From an uncultured Pseudomonadota bacterium (GTDB lineage Bacteria > Pseudomonadota > Gammaproteobacteria > Steroidobacterales > Steroidobacteraceae), in NCBI GenBank assembly GCA_963769065.1, contig CAVYKG010000010.1, forward strand, positions 180,569 through 244,568: 64,000 bases of DNA. Reading direction: 5' to 3'. This document shows positions 1-11,119 of this stretch, one piece after another (within the stretch, counting starts at the first letter, position 1; each line of letters opens with the position of its first letter). The notes under the pieces are model-generated. The model searched no databases. It was not told the DNA's origin and saw only the letters and a list, made by a program, of their open reading frames with translations. Both the position numbers and the translations under genes were made by a program.

Positions 1-34
1 CGTCAGACGATAGCCCGGCGACTGCAGCGCGCCA

Positions 35-1279
35 ATGGCGGGGAGTCCGGTGAGCTTGTCAGAAAAATCAGTGCCCTATAGTCCGGGTTACCGGTGGGTC
101 ATCGTCGGCCTCGGCGCCCTGATGGGATGCATGGCGGTCGGCTCGATGTTCTCGCTGGCCGTCTTCCTCGATCCGATGGCGCGTGACACCGGCTGGAGCC
201 GGGCGACGATTTCGAGCGCGATGACGGTGGACTTCCTGGTGATGGGGGTGGCCGGCTTCGGCTGGGGCGCGCTCACTGACCGCATCGGCCCGCGACCGGT
301 CGTTGCGTGCGGGGCGGTGCTGCTCGGGCTCGGGCTTTGGATCGCGAGCCGGGCAACCACACCGCTCGCGTTCCAGCTCGGCTTCGGCGTCTTCGTGGGG
401 TTGGCCGCCGGCGCGTTCTTCGCGCCGATGATCGCGACCGTCACGAGCTGGTTCGACACGCGGCGCGCGCTGGCCGTGTCGCTCGTGTCGGTGGGCGTGG
501 GCACGGCGCCGCTGACGGTCTCGCCGTTTGCCGCCTGGCTCATCACCCACTACGACTGGCGGACGTCCATGGGCGCGATCGCGCTGCTCGCGTGGCTGGT
601 GCTGATCCCCGCCGCGCTGTTCGTGCGCGCCCGACCGCGCGGCACGGGTGGCGCCACGGCGAGCGTCGATTCCGGCCCGACCGTGGCCGCGGCACTGACG
701 TCCCCTCAGTTCATCACCCTCGCGCTGACGTTCTTCCTCTGCTGCGCGGCGCACTCCGGCCCGATCTTCCACACCGTGAGCTATGCGCAGCTGTGCGGCC
801 TTTCGACGCTCGCGGCGGTCAGCGTCTACAGCATGGAAGGCTTCGCGGGCCTGTTCGGCCGCCTGTTCTGCGGCGCGGCGGCCGACCGGTTCGGCACACG
901 CCGGATACTCGTGATCGGTCTGCTGACGCAAGCCATCGCTATCTCACTCTATCCCGCGATCGCGACCCTCACCGGCTTCTACGCGGTCGCCGCGGTATTC
1001 GGCCTCGCCTACGGCGGAGTGATGCCGCTGTATGCGGTCCTGGCGCGCGAGTACTTCGGCCAGCGGATCATGGGCACCGTGTTCGGCGCGGCGACGATGG
1101 CTTCGAGCCTCGGCATGGCGCTCGGCCCGCTTGGCGGCGGCTGGATCTTCGACCGCACGCACGGCTATGGCGGAATGTATGTCGCCGCGGCAGCGGTCGG
1201 CCTCACGGCGGCGGCGATGGCGCTCGCGTTCCCGGCGGCAGGCCGCTCGCCTGCCCCGCCGCTCGAGTCTCCGGCGTGA
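35..1279 (+). CDS. MFS transporter (oxalate/formate-antiporter-like)
   Basis: 414-aa ORF starting at ATG 35. Multi-TM hydrophobic pattern with '[26 protein letters not shown]' near the N-terminus. Its stop overlaps the next start (GTGA at 1276-1279). Confidence 0.8.
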   Translation: MAGSPVSLSEKSVPYSPGYRWVIVGLGALMGCMAVGSMFSLAVFLDPMARDTGWSRATISSAMTVDFLVMGVAGFGWGALTDRIGPRPVVACGAVLLGLGLWIASRATTPLAFQLGFGVFVGLAAGAFFAPMIATVTSWFDTRRALAVSLVSVGVGTAPLTVSPFAAWLITHYDWRTSMGAIALLAWLVLIPAALFVRARPRGTGGATASVDSGPTVAAALTSPQFITLALTFFLCCAAHSGPIFHTVSYAQLCGLSTLAAVSVYSMEGFAGLFGRLFCGAAADRFGTRRILVIGLLTQAIAISLYPAIATLTGFYAVAAVFGLAYGGVMPLYAVLAREYFGQRIMGTVFGAATMASSLGMALGPLGGGWIFDRTHGYGGMYVAAAAVGLTAAAMALAFPAAGRSPAPPLESPA

Positions 1280-1533
1280 ACTGCCGAAGCCACTGCGGCG
1301 CGTGCTGTACGGCGCCCTCGATCTCGAGTCCGATCCCCGGCATGCCCGCCGGCAAACCGGCGGGCTCGCGCTGCGTGCAGCTCGACGAGCACGAACGTTG
1401 CCGCCTCTTCGGCCATCCCGATCGGCCCGCCGTCTGTGCCTCGCTGCGTCCGATGCCCGCGATGTGCGGAGACACACGCGATCAGGCGATGCGCGCGCTC
1501 GGCAGCCTCGAGCGGCAGACCCGACCTGATTGA
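1276..1533 (+). CDS. YkgJ-family cysteine-cluster (zinc/iron-chelating) protein
   Basis: GTG at 1276 is in frame with the tail of ORF 307..1533. The 85-aa product '[13 protein letters not shown]...[25 protein letters not shown]' has the CxxxCxxCC plus distal Cys pattern of UPF0153/YkgJ. Confidence 0.65.
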   Translation: MNCRSHCGACCTAPSISSPIPGMPAGKPAGSRCVQLDEHERCRLFGHPDRPAVCASLRPMPAMCGDTRDQAMRALGSLERQTRPD

Positions 1534-1642
1534 GGCGTACGGCGCGTAGGAGCACGCGCAGTGCGGTTCGCGACCGATGCCTGTGCACGGCGTGTCCGCC
1601 GGGGCGTTAGCGTGGCTGCCCTCACGACCCGTGGAGTCTCCG

Positions 1643-2248
1643 ATGGCAAAACCCCTGGAAGGCAAGAATGTCGCGATCCTGACTGCGGAAGGGTTCGAGC
1701 AATCCGAGCTGCTCGAGCCGCGCAAGGCCCTCCAGGAGGCCGGGGCCGCGACGTTCGTCATCTCCCCTGCCGAGGGCCGGGTGCAGGGCTGGAAACACTT
1801 CGACAAGGGCGAGCACGTGGACGTCGATGTGCCGCTCGCCGACGCCGACCCCGCCGACTACGACGCGCTGCTGTTGCCGGGCGGCGTTGCGAACCCTGAT
1901 CAGCTGCGCCTGCTGCCCGAAGCCGTGCGGTTCGTTCGCGCGATGTTCGAGGCCGGCAAGCCGATCGCCGCCATCTGCCATGGTCCGTGGACGCTGATCG
2001 AGGCAGGCGTGGTCGAGAACCGCAACGTGACCTCGTGGCCATCGCTGAAGACCGACCTCACCAACGCCGGCGCGCGATGGTCCGACCAGGAGGTCGTGGT
2101 CGACCAGGGGCTCGTCACCAGCCGCAAACCGGATGACATCCCCGCCTTCAACCGCCGGATGATCGAGGAGTTCGCCGAAGGTCCGCACGGTGCGGCGCGG
2201 ACGGAGGCCAAAGCGCGCACCCCCGGCGACCGCTCCGTGGCGCACTGA
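1643..2248 (+). CDS. DJ-1/PfpI family protease/amidase (type 1 glutamine amidotransferase-like)
   Basis: ATG at 1643 preceded by GGAG. 'KNVAILTAEGFEQSEL', 'YDALLLPGG' and the nucleophile elbow 'AAICHGPW' are typical PfpI-family motifs. Confidence 0.85.
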   Translation: MAKPLEGKNVAILTAEGFEQSELLEPRKALQEAGAATFVISPAEGRVQGWKHFDKGEHVDVDVPLADADPADYDALLLPGGVANPDQLRLLPEAVRFVRAMFEAGKPIAAICHGPWTLIEAGVVENRNVTSWPSLKTDLTNAGARWSDQEVVVDQGLVTSRKPDDIPAFNRRMIEEFAEGPHGAARTEAKARTPGDRSVAH

Positions 2249-2262
2249 CGGACGATCGATGC

Positions 2263-2282
2263 GCGCGCCCGCTCAGGCGCGC
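2263..2282. terminator. Candidate bidirectional hairpin between convergent genes
   Basis: GCGCGCC (2263-2269) and GGCGCGC (2276-2282) form a 7-bp stem with a 6-nt loop between the pfpI-like and SDR stops. There is no U-tract, so this is weak. Confidence 0.2.
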
Positions 2283-3031
2283 TGCATGTCCCCGTCGATC
2301 GGCAGCACCTGACCCGAGATCGACTTCGCCGCATCGGAGGCGAGGAACAGCGCCAGTGAGGCGATGTCGCGCGGATCGACCAGCTGTTTCAGCGACTGGT
2401 TCGCCATGGCCAGTCGCCGCACGTCCTCGAGTGACTGTCCGGTCGCCTCGACGCGACCGAGGAACACGCGTTCAGCGCGCTCGCCGGCGACGGCGCCCGG
2501 CGCAATCGCATTGACGCGGATGCGATGCTCGCCGAGCTCGAGTGCCAGCGTCTTCGTGAGCCCGATAAGGGCCCACTTCGATGCCGCATAAGGACTGCGG
2601 TTGGCATAGCCGAACCGGCCTGCCGCCGAAGACATGTTGATGAGGGTTCCGCCGCCGGCGGCGATGAGATGCGGAATGGCGAGCCGTGCGACGTCGAACG
2701 CACCGGTCAGGTTGATGCGCAGCACCGCGTCCCAGTCGGCCGGATCGAGATCCTTGACCGGCCTGGTGGGGCCACCGATGCCGGCGTTGTTGACCAGTAC
2801 GTCCAGCCCGCCGAGGCGTTCGACCGCATCGGCAACCATCGTCGTGACGGCTCCACGGTCACCGACGTCGCAGCGTCGTGACGCAAGACCGGGCATTTCG
2901 GCCTCGGCTCGCGCGAGCCCCGGGGCGTCGATGTCGCAGGTGAACACCCGTGCGCCGGTGCCGTGAAACGCCCGCACGATGGCGAGGCCGATGCCGGATG
3001 CTCCGGCCGTGACGAGTACGCGCAGGCTCAT
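2273..3031 (-). CDS. SDR-family oxidoreductase
   Basis: 'VLVTAGASGIGLAI' (TGxxxGxG), 'NNAG' and 'YAASKWAL' (YxxxK). Starts at MSLRV (3031), 16 nt downstream of the mdtC stop, so probably the last gene of the efflux operon. Confidence 0.85.
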   Translation of the reverse strand: MSLRVLVTAGASGIGLAIVRAFHGTGARVFTCDIDAPGLARAEAEMPGLASRRCDVGDRGAVTTMVADAVERLGGLDVLVNNAGIGGPTRPVKDLDPADWDAVLRINLTGAFDVARLAIPHLIAAGGGTLINMSSAAGRFGYANRSPYAASKWALIGLTKTLALELGEHRIRVNAIAPGAVAGERAERVFLGRVEATGQSLEDVRRLAMANQSLKQLVDPRDIASLALFLASDAAKSISGQVLPIDGDMQRA

Positions 3032-3047
3032 GAGGGCGATTCCAGCT

Positions 3048-6000
3048 TCAGGGCCGCGCTGGGGGCGACGCCGCGATGGCATCGGTGCGCGGGCTGCGCG
3101 CCAGCTTCGCGCGCAGTCGCTCGACCAGCAGATAGACGACCGGGGTCGAGAACAGCACGAGGAACGGACTGGTCAGCAGTCCGCCGAGCATCGCGATGCC
3201 GAGCGGCCGCCGCAGCTCCGAACCCTCGCCTGCGCCGAGCAGCAGCGGCAGCGCGCTGAGCAAAGCCGCAAGCGTCACCATCAGGATGGGCCGCAACCGC
3301 AGCACGGCCGCGTGGTGAATCGCCTCGCGCGGGGTCATGCCCCTGCGCCGCTGCGCATCGAGCGCGAAGTCCACCATGATGATGGCGTTCTTCATCGCCA
3401 GCCCGATGAGCAGGAACAGGCCGAGCAGCGCGATGAGGCTGAACTCGGTGTCGCTCGCACGCAGCGCGAGCAGCGCGCCGATGCCGGCCGGCGGCAGCGT
3501 CGACAGGATCGTCAGTGGCTGCAGCGTGCTTTCGTAGAGGATGCCCAGCACGAAATACACCGCGATGAGCACACCGAGCAACAAGATCGGCTGACGGGCG
3601 AGCGTCTGCGCGATGCCGCCGGTGGACCCGCCCGGCGTTGCGATGACGTTCTGCGGCAGGAACAGCTCGGCGATCGCGAGGTCGATCGCGGCGAGCGCCT
3701 GCTGCTCGGTCACCCCTTCGACGATCGAATAGCCGACGCCGGTCGAGGCGAACTGGTTCTGGTGATAGACGCGGTCAGGCGCCGACCCGAACTTGTAGGT
3801 CGTGAACGTCGAGAGCGGCACGCGCCGGCCATCGGATGCGACGACCTGCACCTGGTCGAGCACGGTCGGGCTGCTGGTGTAGCCCGGTTCGAGCTCCATG
3901 ACGACGCGATACTGGTTCAGGTCGTCGTACAGCGTCGCGACCTGCCGCTGCGAGAACGAGTTGTTCAGCACCGAGGAGATCATCCGCATGTCGACCCCGA
4001 GCCGGCGCGCGGCCTCGCGGTCGATCTCGACGTGCACCTGCTGCGTGCCCTCGTTGCCGAACGCGCTGACATCGGCGAGCTCGGGCAGCGTCTTCAGCTT
4101 CTCGCTGACCTTCGGGGCCCATTCGCGCAGCACGGCGACGTCGTCGGACAGCAGCAGCACCTCGTTCGCGCTCTGGCCCCAGTTGCCGCCGAACTGGATG
4201 TCCTGGTCGGGGAACAGGTTCAGCATCGAGCCGGCGACCTGCGGGTTGTTGCGCCGGATGCGGTCGGCGACCGCACGCGCCGGCAGCTTGCGTTCGGCCA
4301 GCGGCTTCAGGCGTACGCTGATCTGCGCATTGCCCGCCCCACCATTGCCGCCCGACGTGCCGGTGACATCCTGCACGGCCGGGTCTTTCAGCAGCGCCTG
4401 GCGGAACACTTCGATCTTCGGCTGCATCACCTGGAACGAGAAGCCGTCATCGCCGCGCACGAACCCGCGCAGCTGCCCGGTGTCCTGCTGCGGAAGAGCG
4501 GTCTTCGGGATGCTGATGTACAGGTACACGTTCAGGCCCACCACGGCCAGGAACGCGATCATCACCACGGCCCGATGGCGCAGCGCCCAGCCGAGCGCGC
4601 GCGCGTAGCCGTCACGCAGTGTGCCGAACGTCGATCCGGTCGAAGCCGGCGCGTCGCCCTTCGCCTTCAGCAGTCGCGCGCACAGGCTCGGCGTCAGCGT
4701 CAGTGACACGGCCAGCGAAATGAGCATCGCCGCGGCAAGGGTGAGCGAGAACTCGCGGAACAGGCGCTCGACCACGCCGCCCATGAACAGGATCGACACG
4801 AAGATGACGAGGAGCGAGGCGTTCATCGCGACCAGCGTGAAGCCGACTTCGGCCGAGCCTCGCAGTGCCGCGCGATAGGGCGAGAGCCCGCGCTCGACGT
4901 GCCGCTTCGCGTTCTCGAGCACGACCATCGCATCGTCGACGACCAGCGCGGTGCCGAGGATCAGCGCCATCATCGACAGGTTGTTCAGCGAGAAGCCCAT
5001 CAGGTACATCGCCGCGAAGCTGCCGATCAGCGAGGCGGCCACCGCGGTGGCCGGAATCAGGGCCGCGCGCCAGCTGCCGAGGAACACCCATACGACCAGC
5101 ACGACCAGCGTCATCGAGGCGATCAAAGTCGTCTGGCCCTCGCGCAGCGTCGTGCGGATGCCGGGCGAGCGATCCATCACGACCGACAGCTGTGCATCGG
5201 CCGGCAGCAGCGTGCGCAGCGACGGCAGCTGCTCGGCGATGGCGTCGAGCGTCTTCACCATGTTGGCGCCAGGCTGCCGGCTCACCTGCAGGATCACGGC
5301 CAGATCGTTGTTGTGGAAGCCGGTCGTGTAGCGGTTCTCGACCGAGTCGGTGACCGTCGCGACGTCGCCGAGCCGTACCGGCGAGCCGTCGCGATAGCGG
5401 ACGATCAGCGGCAGGTAGTCGGACGCATGGCGCAGCGGCTCGGACAACCGGACAGCCCAGCGCCGTTCGTCGTTCTCGAGCGCGCCCATCGGCCGCAGCG
5501 CGTTCGCGCTCGAGATTGCGTTACGGACATCGTCGAGGGAGATGCCGTGATGCGCGAGCGCACCGGGATTGAGCTGCACGCGCACCGCCGGCAGCGAGCT
5601 GCCGCCGACGCTCACCTCGCCGACGCCGGTGATCTGCGCGATCTTCTGCGCGATCACGGTCGACGCGAGATCGTACAACGCACCCTGCGAGAGGTTCTTC
5701 GACGACAGCGCGAGCGCCATGATGGGCGACTGCGACGGGTTTACCTTGCGGAAGCTCGGATTGCCCGGCATGCCGGCCGGGCAGCTGGCTGCGGGCCGCA
5801 TTGATCGCCGCCTGCACATCGCGCGCGGCATCGTCGATGTTGCGGTCGAGCACGAACTCCATGCGCACCTGCGTGCGGCCCTGGCGGTTGTCGGAGGTGA
5901 TCGACTGCACGCCGGCGATTGCGCCGAGCGAGCGCTCGAGCGGCGTCGACACCGTTGCCGCCATGCTCTCGGGGCTGGCGCCGGGCAGGTTCGCGATGAC

Positions 6001-6138
6001 CACGATGTTCGGGAACTCGACCTGCGGCAGTGGCGCCACCGGCAGCACGCGCCACGACAGCAGACCGCACAGCACGAGAGCCACCGCGAGCAACAGCGTT
6101 GCGACCGGTCGACGGATGAACGGTCGCGCGAGGTTCAC
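3048..6138 (-). pseudogene. mdtC: RND multidrug efflux permease MdtC-like, one frameshift
   Basis: The N-terminus '[17 protein letters not shown]...[11 protein letters not shown]' lies in the frame of ORF 5521..6654. The rest, '[26 protein letters not shown]...', lies in ORF 3048..5831. Total length is 3091 nt (3n+1). The extra base maps to the GGG run at 5779-5781. The GTG start at 6138 overlaps the mdtB stop (GTGA). Confidence 0.85.
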
Positions 6139-9100
6139 GGATCGCTCCGCAGGACCGGCACGGTGGCTGCCCGCCTGCGCGTCAGGCCGTCGAAGAAGAG
6201 ATAGACGACCGGCGTCGTGAACACCGTCAGCACCTGGCTGACGAGCAGACCGCCGACCATCACGATGCCGAGCGGCGCACGGAGCTCGGCGCCCGAGCCG
6301 CCCGCGAGCATCAGCGGCAGAGCCCCGACCAGCGCGGCGAGCGTGGTCATCAGGATCGGGCGGAAGCGGAGCTGCGCCGCGCGGCGGATCGCCTCGCGGG
6401 GGGTCGCGCCCTCGCGCTGCGCCTCGAGCGCGAAGTCGACCATCATGATGCCGTTCTTCTTGACGAGACCGATCAGCAGCACGATGCCGATGACCGCGAT
6501 GAGATCGAGCGGCTCGCGCGCGACGAACAACGCGAGCAGCGCACCGACCGTCGCGGAGGGCAGCGTCGAAAGGATAGTGACCGGATGGATGTAGCTCTCG
6601 TACAGCACGCCGAGGACGATATACATCGTCACGATGGCGGCGAGGATCAGCCACAACGTGTTCGAGAGCGATGACCGGAACGCTTCCGACGCGCCCTGGA
6701 AGCGGCTCTCGACCGACAGCGGCAACCCGATCTCGCGCTGCGACCGCTCGATCGCTTCGACCGCCTCACCGAGCGACGCGCCCGGCGCGAGATTGAACGA
6801 CACCGTGGCCGAGGGGAACTGGCCCTGGTGGTTGATCACGAGCGGCGTCGGGCGCTGCGTCACGGTCGCGACGTTCGACAGCGGCACCGGCCCGCCGTCC
6901 CGAGTCGGCACGAACGTCGTGTCGAGTGCATCGAGCCCTTCGCTGCGCGAGGGATCGACCTCGAGCACGATGCGATACTGGTTCGCCTGCGTGAACAGCG
7001 TCGCGATCTGGCGCTGGCCGAACGCGCTGTACAACGCGTTGGCGATGTCCGACACGCTGACGCCGAGGCGCGCTGCCTGGTCGCGGTTGATCTCGACGTA
7101 CGCCTGCAGGCCCTCGTTCTGCAGGTCGCTCGCGACGTCCGCGAGCGCAGGCTCGGTCTGCAGCCGGTCGAGCAGCCGCCCGTTCCACAGCGCGAGCTCG
7201 GCCATGTCGGGCGAGGTCAGCGTCAGCTGGTACTGCGTGCGGCTGACGCGATCCTCGATGCTGAGCTCCTGCACCGGCTGGAACCAGCCGCGGATGCCGA
7301 GCACGCCTGACGCCGGGTCGTCCAGACGCGCCTGCAGGCGCTGGATGATCTCCTGCGCGCTGTGATCCCGGTCGGCATGCGGCTTCAGGTTGACCAGCAT
7401 GCGGCCGCTGTTCAGCGTCGTGTTGCTGCCGTCCACGCCGATGAACGAAGTCAGGCTCTGCACCGCGTCGTCCTCGAGGAGGCGGGCGGCCAGCTGCTGC
7501 TGCCGCGTCGACATCGCCGCAAACGACACATCCTGCGGCGCCTCGGTGACGATCTGCAGCACGCCGCTGTCCTGCGACGGGAAGAAGCCCTTCGGCACCG
7601 CGACGTACAGCACTGCGGTCAGCGCCAGCGTCGCGATCATCACCAGCAGGGTCGCGCGCTGCCGGTCGAGCACCCAGTCGAGGCCGACCATGTAACGCTC
7701 GATGACGCGCGTGAGGAAGTCGGGCTTGTCGTGCGACGCTCCGCCGGTCTTCAGCATGCGCGCCGCCATCATCGGCGTGAGCGTCAGCGATACCAGCAGC
7801 GAGATGGCGATGGCGACCGCGAGGGTGACCGCGAACTCGTGGAACAGGCGCCCGACCACGTCCCCCATGAACAGCAGCGGTATGAGCACGGCGATCAGCG
7901 AGATGGTCAGCGAGATCAGCGTGAAGCCGATCTCGCGCGCGCCGGCGAGCGCGGCCTGCATCGGCGAGAGTCCTGCCTCGCGATGCCGCGCGATGTTCTC
8001 GAGCATGACGATCGCATCGTCCACGACGAAGCCGGTCGCGATGGTCAGGGCCATCAGCGACAGGTTGTTGATCGAGAAGTCGAGCAGGTACATCGCGCCG
8101 AACGTTCCGACCAGCGAGAGCGGCACGACCACGCTCGGAATCAGTGTCGCCGACACGCTGCGCAGGAACAGCAACGTGACCAGCACGACCAGCCCGACCG
8201 CGAATGCGAGCTCCTTCTGCACGTCGCGCACGGAAGCGCGGATGCTGCCCGTGCGATCGGTCAGCACCGAGAGCTCGGTTGCCGCCGGCATCGTGGCAGT
8301 AAGCCGCGGCAGCAGCTCGCGAACGCGGTCCGCGACGTCGATGACGTTCGCGCCGGGCTGGCGCTGGATGTTGATCAGAACCGCCGGTAACTGGTTGGCC
8401 CAGGCGGCGAGATAGCGGTTCTCCGCGCCATCCTCGATGTCGGCCACGTCACCCAGCCGCAGCGGCGCGCCATTGCGCCAGGCGACGATCAGCTGGCGGT
8501 ATTCCTCGACCGAGCGGATCTGGTCGTTGGCATCGAGCATCGTGAACCGGTACGGGCCATCGAAGCTCCCCTTCGGCTGGTTGACGTTTGCGGCGGAGAT
8601 CGCCGTCCGCACATCCTCGAGGCTGAGATCGTATGCGGCGATCGCGGCGGGATTCACCTGCACCCGGATCGCGGGCCGCTGGCCGCCGGCGAGGCTGACC
8701 ATGCCGACACCCGGCAGCTGCGCGAGCCGCTGCGCGATGCGGGTGTCGACCAGGTCGTGCACGCGCGGCAGCGGCAGCGTCTTCGAAGTCACTGCAAGCG
8801 TGAGGATCGGCGCATCGGCCGGATTGACCTTGCGATACACCGGCGGGGCTGGCAGGTCGTTGGGCAGCAGATTGCCGGCCGCGTTCAGGCCCGCCTGCAC
8901 CTCCTGCTCGGCGACGCCGAGGTCGACCTCGAGGGAGAACTGCAGCGTCACCACCGACGCGCCGCCCGAACTCGTCGACGACATCTGCTTCAGGCCCGGA
9001 ATCTGGCCCAGGCTGCGTTCGAGCGGCGCGCTGATCGCGCGCGTGACGACGTCCGGACTCGCGCCCGGGTAGAACGTGAACACCTGGATGATCGGGTAGT

Positions 9101-9221
9101 CGACCTGCGGCAGTGCGGCCACCGGCAGCAGGCGGTACGACAGGATGCCCGCGACCAGCACCGCCAGCATCAGCAGCGTGGTGGCGACTGGTCGCTCGAT
9201 GAACGGGCGTGAGATGGACAT
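6135..9221 (-). CDS. mdtB: RND multidrug efflux permease MdtB-like
   Basis: Uninterrupted 1028-aa ORF, '[25 protein letters not shown]...', with an AcrB/MdtB-type 12-TM architecture. Confidence 0.9.
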   Translation of the reverse strand: MSISRPFIERPVATTLLMLAVLVAGILSYRLLPVAALPQVDYPIIQVFTFYPGASPDVVTRAISAPLERSLGQIPGLKQMSSTSSGGASVVTLQFSLEVDLGVAEQEVQAGLNAAGNLLPNDLPAPPVYRKVNPADAPILTLAVTSKTLPLPRVHDLVDTRIAQRLAQLPGVGMVSLAGGQRPAIRVQVNPAAIAAYDLSLEDVRTAISAANVNQPKGSFDGPYRFTMLDANDQIRSVEEYRQLIVAWRNGAPLRLGDVADIEDGAENRYLAAWANQLPAVLINIQRQPGANVIDVADRVRELLPRLTATMPAATELSVLTDRTGSIRASVRDVQKELAFAVGLVVLVTLLFLRSVSATLIPSVVVPLSLVGTFGAMYLLDFSINNLSLMALTIATGFVVDDAIVMLENIARHREAGLSPMQAALAGAREIGFTLISLTISLIAVLIPLLFMGDVVGRLFHEFAVTLAVAIAISLLVSLTLTPMMAARMLKTGGASHDKPDFLTRVIERYMVGLDWVLDRQRATLLVMIATLALTAVLYVAVPKGFFPSQDSGVLQIVTEAPQDVSFAAMSTRQQQLAARLLEDDAVQSLTSFIGVDGSNTTLNSGRMLVNLKPHADRDHSAQEIIQRLQARLDDPASGVLGIRGWFQPVQELSIEDRVSRTQYQLTLTSPDMAELALWNGRLLDRLQTEPALADVASDLQNEGLQAYVEINRDQAARLGVSVSDIANALYSAFGQRQIATLFTQANQYRIVLEVDPSRSEGLDALDTTFVPTRDGGPVPLSNVATVTQRPTPLVINHQGQFPSATVSFNLAPGASLGEAVEAIERSQREIGLPLSVESRFQGASEAFRSSLSNTLWLILAAIVTMYIVLGVLYESYIHPVTILSTLPSATVGALLALFVAREPLDLIAVIGIVLLIGLVKKNGIMMVDFALEAQREGATPREAIRRAAQLRFRPILMTTLAALVGALPLMLAGGSGAELRAPLGIVMVGGLLVSQVLTVFTTPVVYLFFDGLTRRRAATVPVLRSDP

Positions 9222-9233
9222 GACGCGTCTCGC

Positions 9234-10517
9234 CTACCGCGGCGGGCCGCCCTGAGGCCGACCACCGCCACCACCACCGCCCCCCTGGCCATTGGGGCGT
9301 CCGCCGCCCGGCCGCTGTCCCGGCGGCCCGTTGAAACCGCCCGGCCCACCCTGCGCCGGCACGGCCTTCGGTGGCGGCGCGAAGCCTGCCTCCGGCATCA
9401 GCGTCACCGGGCTGCCCTCGCGCAGGCGATCGAGCCCCTCGAGTACCACCGGCTCGCCTGCAGCGAGGCCTTCGGTGACTGCCGTTCGGCCATCGACGGT
9501 GGGACCGAGCTTCACGTCGCGCAGCTGGGCCTTCTCGTCCGCGATGACGTAGACGTAGGTGCCGCGCGAACCATGCTGAACGGCGTCGGCCGGCACGGTG
9601 ACGGCGTTCTGCAGCCGCCCGACCTCGAGCACGGTGTTGACGAACTGGTTCGGGAACAACGCGTCGTTCTGGTTCGCGAATTCGGCTTTCAGCCGCAGCG
9701 TGCCGGTGGTCGCGTCGATCTGGTTGTCGAGCGTCTTGAGCATGCCCTCGGCGATGCGCTCGCGGCCGTTGCGGTCCCACGCCTGCACCGGCAGCGCCCC
9801 CTTCGACGCGAGCCCTTCGCGCACCGCTGGCAGGTCGACCTCCGACACCGTCAGCAGCACCGAGATCGGCTGCGTCTGCGTGATCGTCGCCAGACCCTCG
9901 GTCGAGTTCGCGCTGACGAGGTTGCCCGCGTCTACCCGGCGCAGGCCGACGCGGCCGGAGATCGGCGCGACGATGCGCGTGTAGCTGAGCTGCAGGCGCG
10001 CCTCGTCCACCTGTGCCTGGTCGGACTTGATGGTGCCGCGCAGCTGGTTGACGAGCGCCTGCTGCCGGTCGAGCGTCTGGCGCGGGATCGTGCCGGCATC
10101 GATCACGCGCGTGTACTGCGCGAGCTCGAGCTCGGCGTTGCGCAGCTGCGCGACATTCTGCTGCTGCGAACCCTCGGCCTGCGCGAGGCGGATGCGGTAC
10201 GGCTCGGGGTCGATCTCGGCGAGCACCTCGCCTTCCTTGACGAACTGGCCTTCCTGGAACCGCAGCCGCAGCAGCGTGCCGTCGACGCGGCTGCGGACGA
10301 CCACCGTATTGAACGGCGTGACGGTGCCGATGCTGCGCACCTGGAGCGACAGGTCTTCCTGCTTGGCCGGCACCGTGCGCACCGGGGTGGGCATGTTCCA
10401 CGGGTTGAACCCCGGGCCGCCCGGCCCCTGGCGAGGGTCCTGGCGTGTGATCAGATACCAGCCGCCACCGAGCAGGACGGCGGCGACCCCGGCAATCAGT
10501 ATTGTTCTGCGAGACAT
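9234..10517 (-). CDS. mdtA: RND efflux membrane-fusion (periplasmic adaptor) protein MdtA-like
   Basis: Contains 'VRSRVDGTLLRLRFQEGQFVKEGEVLAEIDPEPY' and 'LSYTRIVAPISGRVG' (HlyD/biotin-lipoyl-like hairpin). Start is placed at MSRRTIL (10517); an alternative ATG is at 10556. The C-terminal tail is unusually rich in Gly and Pro. Confidence 0.85.
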   Translation of the reverse strand: MSRRTILIAGVAAVLLGGGWYLITRQDPRQGPGGPGFNPWNMPTPVRTVPAKQEDLSLQVRSIGTVTPFNTVVVRSRVDGTLLRLRFQEGQFVKEGEVLAEIDPEPYRIRLAQAEGSQQQNVAQLRNAELELAQYTRVIDAGTIPRQTLDRQQALVNQLRGTIKSDQAQVDEARLQLSYTRIVAPISGRVGLRRVDAGNLVSANSTEGLATITQTQPISVLLTVSEVDLPAVREGLASKGALPVQAWDRNGRERIAEGMLKTLDNQIDATTGTLRLKAEFANQNDALFPNQFVNTVLEVGRLQNAVTVPADAVQHGSRGTYVYVIADEKAQLRDVKLGPTVDGRTAVTEGLAAGEPVVLEGLDRLREGSPVTLMPEAGFAPPPKAVPAQGGPGGFNGPPGQRPGGGRPNGQGGGGGGGGRPQGGPPR

Positions 10518-10582
10518 CGGACGGAAAGACCACGCTGCCGCGAAAGAATTCCCCATCTTGCCACCGGTCGGCGGCGATGGGT

Positions 10583-11119
10583 TCAGGGGGCGTCGCGGCC
10601 CCGTGCCATCGCGGCAAAGACTCCGTCACGGCGCACCCAGGCGTGGTAGAGCGCTGCCGCCAGGTGCGCGAGCACGATGAGAAACAGCAGGCCGGCGAGC
10701 AGGCCGTGAGCCTGGCGGAGCGTCGCGTACAGGGCGGCGTCGTGGGGTGCGATGGCCGGCAGGGTCATGCCGGCGAACAGCGTGACCGGGAAACCGCTGG
10801 CCGACAGCATCGCCCAGCCGATGACGGGCAGCGTCAGCATCAGCGCGTACAGCGCCCAATGTGAGGCCTTGGCCGCGATGACCTGCAGCGGAGGCAGATC
10901 GGCAGGCAGAGGCGGCGGACTGTGCTTCAGCCGGTTGACCAGCCGCACGATCGCGAGCAGCCCGATGGCGATGCCGAGCGGCCGGTGCAGGGAAATGAGC
11001 CAGGGCCGCTCGGTCAGCGATGAGACCATCACGACGCCGATGAAGAGCATCGCAAGGATCATCGCTGCCATGGTCCAGTGCAACGTGCGGGCGAGGCCGT
11101 TGAAGTGGCCGGCTCTCAC
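10583..11119 (-). CDS. cybB: Cytochrome b561 family protein
   Basis: The GTG start at 11119 overlaps the upstream stop (GTGA). The 178-aa product has 'LHWTMAAMILAMLFIG' and 'HRPLGIAIG...HLAAALYH' (His ligands in TM helices). Confidence 0.8.
   Translation of the reverse strand: MRAGHFNGLARTLHWTMAAMILAMLFIGVVMVSSLTERPWLISLHRPLGIAIGLLAIVRLVNRLKHSPPPLPADLPPLQVIAAKASHWALYALMLTLPVIGWAMLSASGFPVTLFAGMTLPAIAPHDAALYATLRQAHGLLAGLLFLIVLAHLAAALYHAWVRRDGVFAAMARGRDAP

Noticed and set aside
2979-4706. 575-aa plus-strand ORF antisense to mdtC. Similar cases are 57000..58454 and 39310..40560 (antisense to real genes) and 39114..40769 (an out-of-frame sense-strand ORF over benE).
   Set aside because: These are shadow ORFs overlapping supported genes, either antisense or out of frame. 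No motifs were recognised.
9234-9380. Gly/Pro-rich C-terminal tail of MdtA (GGGGGGGG run, encoded by CCA/CCG/CCC repeats), considered as a possible contingency repeat
   Set aside because: The DNA is not a perfect simple-sequence repeat. It looks like an ordinary low-complexity disordered tail, and there is no evidence for phase variation.
8449-10629. 726-aa ORF on the minus strand overlapping mdtA and mdtB in another frame
   Set aside because: The translation is Arg/Pro/Gly/Ala-rich with no family signature. It lies out of frame over two well-supported genes, which is the typical stop-poor shadow ORF of GC-rich DNA.
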